The position numbers and the translations under genes were made by a program. A stretch of DNA of 64,000 bases from the NCBI RefSeq assembly GCF_009914755.1, contig NC_060931.1; one strand, given 5' to 3'. Source of the DNA: the human T2T-CHM13v2.0 reference genome, Homo sapiens. The notes under the pieces are model-generated. The model was not told where the DNA came from, did not search any database, and was given only the letters and a program-made list of their open reading frames with translations. Positions 55,149 through 64,000 of this stretch are shown in pieces (position 1 is the stretch's first letter; every line of letters starts with the position of its first letter).

Positions 55149-58080
55149 TTGTTATTGCATTATCTTAGAAGGCCTTAGGTTTGGGATCCACTCTCTGTTA
55201 GCTAAGAGCAGGCCATTATAGGATCAACTAAATTACCAAAGAAAGTATATGAATCTAAATTTAAATGAGATTGAATTGATCCTTTACATATTATTAATCT
55301 AACTTTATATTTGAATTTATTGTGCAAAATAATTGGCTGAATTAGCATTTGTTTGTGAAAATACCTTATTTTAAAATAGAAAAAGTTATAAAGTTTTTGT
55401 ATGAAAAATTAAACCAGTGCTCACTAATGAAGAGTGATTTAGTCTTTCAGTAAACTCAAAGTTAAAGCAGAATCTTCTAGTGTAAAGTATTTTCAGAGGA
55501 CAAAATCAAAGCAGAGATGTAAAATATTTTATTATTGCAATATTTCAAAGTCTGATCCTTTCTTAGGCTGCTTTTAATTTTTTTTCCTCTTCCCTCAAGT
55601 TTTTTCCAGCACTTCCTGTTATAGTAGGAGCTTTAGGAAGGTTTCTTACACCTCATTAATGAAGATTTTGAAGCAGTTTTTGCTCTGGATCTTCTTGTTC
55701 ATCTCTCTGACATCAGGAGTTAGAGTACAACTTGATAAAAAAAATCTGAGATGGAAAGACACAGGCTTTTGAGGGTTTTTTGAAAGTGCTTCTAGGATGG
55801 CTAGAAGCATTTTAATTAGAGCTATTATGTCTTATGCTCAGAATACAAAATATACTTATTTATGTTGAAACTGTTATCATGGCGCACTGAGCCATTAATA
55901 CATTACTATTCTAAAATAAAAAATTAAATGTGAACTATATAACTGATCAGTCTTCAGTTGCTGTGAGGAATAAAAACAAACATTAATAATTCACTTACTG
56001 TTAGAGCATTTCTACTTTTAAAAGGTGCAGTACTCTTTATTTTTAATTATTTAATTTAAAATGCTATATGACATGAGCATTTTAAATGCTCAAAAAATCA
56101 GACTGGTATCAAGTGAAAAGTAAAATTGCCTTTCCCCTTCTCTAACATTATTACCCTGAATTTTAATAGGTATTTCCAAAGTGTCTTCTAAAAGGTTTGT
56201 ACTAATTTACCTTTCAATGTTCTTAAACATAGTTAATAACAAATGTACTTAATAAGTTGTTATTCATTTGCTTAAAGCATTTCCATATTTATTGGTTATT
56301 AATCTAATTTAGTTTCACAGCCCTCCTATGAGATCAAGATATTAATCTCCCAGTTTTATAAACTTAAAAACAAAAATAAAGAGACTTTAAGGTGCTCAAC
56401 AGTAATTTCATGGTGTGCTAGGAATTGAAATTAAACTTCCCATCTTGTGTAACATTATCTGGTTAATGGCCTATACTTCTGGGCTAATTGGTAAAAAAGA
56501 AAAAAAAGAAAAGATTTGAATATTGAGAATCTGGTGGGCATCAAATATCAGCTACTATTCAGGTCATCTAATTTGTTCTCTGACTTAGAATAAAAGTCAC
56601 ATTTATGATCAATTTGGTATCCTTTCTGTATATGTGTCAACTGGGACTCATTAGGCAACAGTTAGGAAGACAAATAAAAGGCATAGCACACTGGAAACAA
56701 TGCAGTTCCTGTATTTTAGAGATTCTGGGAAACGCTTTATCTTGAGTTTCATATCTCATCACAGAATCTTCATGGTACCTGGGTAGCCATTGTGTCCAGT
56801 TGTGCATTATTACTTAAGAACCAAAAAGCACCTCTGGTGTAGACAGTTCTGACTCTGGAAAGTTTAGTCCTGACCTCAACAATGACAGTTACTCTACAGA
56901 GTATCCAGAAGCTAGATGAAACTTATATGAGGAATTAAAGTTTTAGCTCTGCTATGCCATAAAAGTCTGATGGCCAAAATGTCTCTCCTAATGTCCCTAT
57001 GGTATCTAATCATGCCCACAGTTCTCACTCAAATGTTTTAAAAGAATCTCCATCCCTGCTACTACTACCTCTTATGTTCGCACTTGGCCTTCATGAGACT
57101 GACTTGGCATAGGGATTTATAGTAGAGAGACACCTTCGAGTAAGAAAAATGGATGTCCTCCTCTCTGTTGAACTAAATAATAACTCTATTCTAGTAACAG
57201 CTATAGACCCAACTTATCAAATTCCCATTAAAGTTAATTCTCAAGGTCTAAACCTACAGGACCAAAATTGTATTTATTCAACTGAAGTTCATAGTTTCCA
57301 CAAAGTTGTCTTTGGATGAGAAGTGAAAATGTTAGGTAAACATCCACAAGGCTAAAAACAAACATGGTTATTTAGGGAATATACATATAACAGTCATAAA
57401 AATTCACTTTGAAACTGAAAGTTGAGATCATGTAGGCAAAGTCTCTACATCTTATGAATATGTAAAAAGCAAGAAAGAGACTGAATATAGAGGCTGAGCT
57501 TTCATACCAATTTTATTTACCCCATAAAATTTCATCTCTTGTCCAAAGCTCTGTATTATCTCATTTTCATGCCTCTCAGTCACTACTATTAAATCCTAAT
57601 GGTTTCTGCAGGATTGGATTGGGCTGGATTCAAGGTATCTCATGCAGATTTGGCTTTTCTTTGTTTGACTGTAAATTCGGACAGGAAGTGGTTTTGCTGG
57701 TAGATCTAGGAATACAGTCAGAATAGACTGATGTGTGAATCAGCAGACGGAAACTTGACCTTGTGTAGATGAGCTAGGAAAAAATTAAAACATCACTAGC
57801 CTAATATCTAGACTTCATCTCTATTTTCAGTTTAATTGCAATTTAACCCTGTCTTGTATAGCTCTGGAGTGACACAGAGCAGGTCTGGAATTCCAGCTCT
57901 GTCAATTTATGAAGGAACTTGGGCAAGTTATCTACCCTCTCTGAATTCCAGTTTACTCATCTGAAAAATGAGGATGAGATGACTGTTGTGGGGATTATAG
58001 ATTGAGTTTGTATGTCTGACACATGACAGTAGCTAAAGAACTAGTCAGATAATGGTAAACATTAACAAGCTTCCAGATGA

Positions 58081-58408
<328 letters not shown>

Positions 58409-59396
58409 TAATCAACAGTCCCTCTTATTAAACTCCTCCAACTGTTCTGGAACCATAGGAACATGTAAAACTAGTCTAAAGTTTATAAAGAGAAGAAACT
58501 GGAAAGTTCACTAATTCGTTCAACAAATGTAAGCATAGAGAAGGATGCAAAGCTGCCAGACTATGAGGTAAGTCATGTATATACATCACTATATTAGAGG
58601 GTAGAACAAGATTTGTGCCACAAGAGAAATTCAGTTAACATCCTATGGAGCTTTGAGAAAGAAAATATTTTTTCAGCTGAATTATAGAAAATATTTTATG
58701 GAAAAGGTAAGTTTAAGCAGAGTGTTAATAAGTAAACAGGCAGACTGCATATATGATATACTAATTCAATTTAACCAAAGCATGGAGTGAATGAAGAAGT
58801 GAAAAGTGAGATAGACAAAATGTAGATTTGGCCCAGACTATAGAAGCATTGAAAGGCCAAGCTGCAGCATTTGAGACTTTTGAGCAGAGGAATGATATGA
58901 TCGATGCAATAGTTTTCCTGAGAGAAAATTCATCTGGAAGCTTTGTGAAAGAAAGACTGAAGGGAAGAGATACCAAATCCAATTAGGAGATTGCATAGTG
59001 ATACATGTGGAAGATTATGAGGTGCTGATCTGAGGTAAGAGCAATAGAATTAGAGGAGAAGGAGTGGATTCAAGAGTTGGGGGAATCAGAGTATGTGAGG
59101 ATTAGCAAATATGCTGTTAATTACTAACAAAAGGAGAGTAAAGTATAGATATTTCTAGCTTCTTATTTTTGTCTTAACCACAAAAATGTATGTTCTGATT
59201 CTGCCTTTATTTTCATTAGAATAATGGACTATTTTTAAGCTTTATGTCAATTTAAGTGTTTAATAAACATGGGATGTTTGATAACCAATTTTATAATCTG
59301 CCAATATTACTTCATTAGGAATTAAAAGCTAATTCCATGTTTGACTTCTGTTTTATTCTTCCTAAAAGTTCTGAACTGTTATCATTTCTAGAAGAT

Positions 59397-59560
59397 GGTT
59401 CTCAATCCTGTCTACTCATTGGAATCCCGTGGAAAGCACTTTAAAAATTACAATATCTGAACTAATGAATCAGAATCTCTGGGAATTGGACTTGGGCATC
59501 AGTATTTTCATTTTAATCTTCCCAGTGATTTCAAGGTACAGCTTCAGTTGAGAATGACTG
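59397..59560. mobile_element. MER5-type hAT MITE
   Basis: ggttctcaatcct...gaatcagaatctctggg...gttgagaatgactg. Confidence 0.65.
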
Positions 59561-60706
59561 ACCTTGAATAAGATATATTTTAGTCTCTAAACAAGAACTC
59601 CTGTTCATGTTGCTCTCTATCCATTCATTCTAAAACTCACCGAGCACACTCCTGGTTGTCATTCTTATGTCTTAACTGAGGGTCAGGTCCCCAGGATTCC
59701 TTTATGTTCAGCATTCCTTAATGGTCTTTCCCCACTCCATGCCACTTTATCTTGGAAAAGTGAATAATCAAATTCCTATAAAAATGAGAAAATCAATCTG
59801 AACATAAAGTAGACATCACTGATAGCAGAGAGCAAAGACAGAAAAAACATGGGTCCCTTGGTGAAATAAACTGTTACATCAATCAATCCAGAAGACTTGT
59901 CTACCACTGGATTTTAGGTTATGAGAGCCAAAAAAATTTCCTTATCATTCAAGCCACTTTGAGTTGGAGTTTCTGTCACAGCCAAAGCATATCATATTAT
60001 ATCATCAGTCTTTTATGCACTTGAAATAAATGGTTTTAGATCTTGTCTGTTGATTCTAGACTTCAGAAATGACAAAGTGAAAATGTGAAATGTGACATCT
60101 TTTATAGGGTATCCAGCCACAATATTCTTGTCTTAGTATAGATATGTGGGCTGTACATGCTGCACAGCTGTGAAAACTTCGACTTTGAAATCTGACACAT
60201 TTTCAGGCTGTACTCTAACCATTTGGCTCTGTTCTTTCATTTCATTGTTAGCAGCACAAACTATACTACGTGGAATTTTCTTATGGTGTTAGTTCAATGA
60301 ATGTTCAAAGAAGAAAATAATTCCAAGGTCTAGACTCTGAATATGCTCTTGAAATTTAATCACACCTGTAATATTACCAGAAACTACTATCATCTATTAA
60401 TTTTTATGTGTGTTGAAAATATACAAAAAATCCATTTCTTCAAAAGATGCCTCTTGAAGTACAGAAGAGTGTGAAAAAAAAGGCAATGTAAGAATCTACC
60501 TTTCTATTTTATTATATACGTATCAGGAAACTCTATAAGGAAGAAGTTATTAACAATGGTTAGAAGAAGTGGGGGGACTAGGTAAATGAGGATGTTGTGG
60601 GGAGACATGTCACTGTGTACCTTTTAACACCTTTCTGGTCTTTGAAATAATGTGATAATATTACCTATACACAATTTTAATTAAAATGGATCCTAAATTA
60701 AAATTG

Positions 60707-60913
60707 ATACCTGATCCCTAAATGAGTAAAAACCATTTATGCCTTTTTGTTGTGGTTCACACAATTCCAAGTCTAAAATGCTAAAATACTATCCCCTTCC
60801 TTCTTCAACAAGATAAAAATCCTGTTCTTGTGCTCAGTTCAATTGCCACTTCCTTAGTTAATCTTATTCCAATGCCGTCAGGAGGAACTCTTTCCACCTT
60901 GCTCCCATGACAT
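60707..60913 (+). repeat. 207-bp dispersed direct repeat, copy 1
   Basis: Ungapped match to 63615-63821 with 11 mismatches by my count. Confidence 0.95.
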
Positions 60914-63614
60914 CACTTCAATAAAAAGTAAACTCAATCTTAAAATTCTAAAATATACATTTTACCAGAAGTACTCCCAAATTAACTGATTATTCTGACA
61001 TTGAGAACCCACCAACATAAGAAACCCTATCATCTCTAGTCAATGCCATATTAGACTTTCAGCTAAAACAATACTAAATGAGAAATTTAAAATTTAAAAC
61101 ATAAAACTTCCTTTGTGGACTGCTCTTCTTGTTGATCCCATTCTATTAGGACATCCAAAACATTAAGCAAGCTCACAAATGACCGGTAAGCCCCACAGAG
61201 AAAGCATCAAATATCCAATATAGAGTAAAAATAATCAAAGTAAATAAAGGGAGGGAGACATGGTTAAATGTGAGAAACAGAAGAAGGCTGAGTTGGTATT
61301 CTAGCCCAGAACATCTGAAGAATAAGCACAACTCACAAACCCTACAACTAACAAGTGGCGTATCAATACTGGTTCGTTATAGCTCAGTAAAGGTTGTTTG
61401 CATAATTGTCTATCAACTTGACTCATCTGTCATTTCAAACAAGATCTTGTTCTCAACTTTCCCATCTCTAGGAATAGACAGAGGAATCCAATCCTAATAA
61501 CAATAATAATTCCAGCTAGCATTTGTTAATTGTTTATTACATGCATCTCCTACCAAGTATATATTCCAGGCTCAAGCTGAGCATTTAAGAAACACTTGCA
61601 GACCCAACCAGATTTATCAAAAAGTCAATGAGCAGATCATGTAATAAACCTAATTTTTAAAAATTTATCCTTTGAATAGATTTATAAATCATAATGCAGC
61701 AACACACTATAATGGTATACAGCTGCTAAAAATAACTATGACAACTATGCTAAAACATGAAAGAACAGGTAGTACATAAAGTTAAATCTATAAAAGCAGA
61801 ATGTCAAATGGTATGTAAACTCATTAAAATTATGTAAAAACATGTGTATATGGATGAGGTTCAGAAGATAATATACAAATTTTAACATGGTTGTGTTAGA
61901 AGAGTGGGATTACAGATGATCATTTTTTCCTTTTCTCAAAATTTCTTTCAATGTTTTTGCTAGCCCATGTATCATGTTAACCTACATTGGTCAGCAAATA
62001 GGTTCAGCTGCATAAGATCTAACATATTGGCAAATTAAAAGATTACAGTGTATTTCTCTCTCATATATATCTCCAAATATATAAGCCATGCAGAGCTGAT
62101 ACAGTGGTTCTACTATGTCAAACCTCAAGTTCCTATCTTTTTATTTTGCCATCCCTTCTTCTGAGTGGTCTCAGATGGCTCATGATCCTGTTTGTATTCC
62201 AGCCAGTGAGAAGAGGGAAAGGGCAAGAGGCAAGCACACTCTATTCCTCTAGAAGCACAGTGCCTGATACACAAGAAGACAAAAATATTAAATGAATGAA
62301 TGAATGATCAACTCTACAGTAACTCTAGTTTTGAAAGACCCAAGCAGGGAAATCCTATAATAAAAGATATTTCACATTACTAGACATGGGCCTCTCATGT
62401 CTTCTCATTGACCTTAGAAATATCAGGAGTGTGGAGAGTAAGATGCTTTGCAAGCTAGTGGGAAAATATTCTATTGTTATTTATACCCATTTAATCTTGG
62501 AGGACTGACTCAAGCTATAGGCAGATGCCTCACAATAGGCACATGCATTTCACTCAGCTCCACTAAACCACTTCATCCAATCTCCTGGCCAGCTAATCTT
62601 CCTATAACCTTCTGAGTTCAAGGTCATAGCTGGTGGTGTTAACAGAAATCATCCCAACTGGGTCTGTAATAATAAATGTCAAAAAGACTTGTAGGCAAAT
62701 TGTTATTTCCCTTGCTTCTAGCTTGAGGCACGTACAATATCTACTGAATTCAGGGATACATCTTAGGGAGCATCTGTGGGTGAGGAGAATAAAAGTGCTG
62801 CTACCCAAAAGGGAGATCTTGTTTTCAATTCAATTTGCTGACTTCTCAACCAAATTTAGCATTATGTGAATACTCAATTACGGCTTTTTATGCATGCCTT
62901 ATAGATAAGTTGGTAAAAATCCTTCAACTGGAGGTAATTTAAGCAGGTGCAAAGATAAATCAACACATATGTGAAGAGATGTTCTTCCTGCTAAATTATT
63001 AGTAATCAATACCTTAGATACTACAATTCCTGCTAAGGTGTGACAGGATGTTGATGGTTTATAGAAAGTATTTGGCATGTTAATATTGCTAATGTTTCCT
63101 TATGCTGAAAGCATATAACATTTATTATATATTATATGACTTCCTGGTATGGCACTTAGGAGGCTACTTGTAAGTCAAATTATTCACATGATATTGCCTC
63201 TGAAGTGATACAAAACTTTAGTTCTCATATAACCATTGATTTTTTAAAATGTTTTCTCGAGAGAAAAAATTTTTAAGAAACTCAAGGGCTAAAACAGTCA
63301 CCAAATTCCAAAATAAAAATCATTATTTTCCTTGTAAATCAGACTTCCCTCTTGGGTTCCACATTAGTTGATGCCAAGACAACCCACCTCAGTCACTTGA
63401 TGGTATCTACTGTGTTTCCTGTATTTCCAGTGTCCAGGGAGGGGCCCACAGTACCATCCTCCTTTCCTCTCGACTAGGTAACAACTAATAACTTCCTAAC
63501 TCTTCTCTCTACCAACAGCATAAAATTTGAATTCCTTTCCTATAACATTTAAGGTGTATCCTATTTTGGATTCATCTAACTTTCCAGCATTATTTATTTC
63601 TACAAACCCCCAGC

Positions 63615-63821
63615 ATACCTGACCCCTAAATGAGTAAAAACCATTCATGCCTTTTTGTTGTTGTTCATACTATTCCAAGTCTAAAACGCTGGACTACTAT
63701 CCCCTTCCTTCTTCAACAAGATAAAAATCCTGTTCTTGTGCTCAGTTCAATTGCCACTTCCTTAGTTAATCTTATTCCAATACCATCAGGAGGAACTCTT
63801 TCCACCTTGCTCCCATGACAT
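63615..63821 (+). repeat. 207-bp dispersed direct repeat, copy 2
   Basis: Ungapped match to 60707-60913. Confidence 0.95.
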
Positions 63822-64000
63822 TTTATTTGTTCTGTGTGGTATCAATAGTATAACAAATATGACAAAATAAATATAATATGTTATTATTTTTAAGGCTTTA
63901 CTATGTGCCAGATACTTAGCTGAGTAAGCATTAACTCACTGAATCATCATCATTATTATTCTGTATCATAGGGGCTTCTATAAGATTAAGTAACTTATTT

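Noticed and set aside
60707-63821. Direct repeats as LTRs of a ~3-kb retroelement
   Set aside because: Homology does not end cleanly at TG..CA, there is no TSD, PBS or gag/pol remnant, and the interior looks like ordinary old genomic sequence.

Overview
Primate (very likely human, chr7p15.2) genomic DNA containing the 5' end of SKAP2 on the minus strand. The CpG-island promoter and exon 1 lie at ~30.0-30.9 kb, and coding exons 1-4 (67+106+26+108 nt; aa 1-102, N-terminal dimerisation region and the Y75 EEYDDP linker) are joined by canonical GT-AG introns that I checked by hand. Positions 1-9.7 kb are the start of intron 4, and positions >31 kb are repeat-dense upstream DNA. Most long ORFs in the track are decayed transposon fragments (L1PA ORF2, Tigger1 transposase, old L1M ORF1, Alu read-throughs). 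I see no convincing new multi-gene system. The oddest sequence signals are a perfect 42-bp-arm palindrome inside a nest of inverted repeats in intron 1 (~26.5 kb), a 207-bp ~95%-identical non-tandem duplication (60.7 vs 63.6 kb), a second CpG-rich promoter-like patch in intron 1 (~23.2-23.9 kb), and candidate cryptic, recursive or micro-exons (~7.1-7.3 kb and ~13.0-13.2 kb). Repeat boundaries and subfamily names are by-eye estimates.
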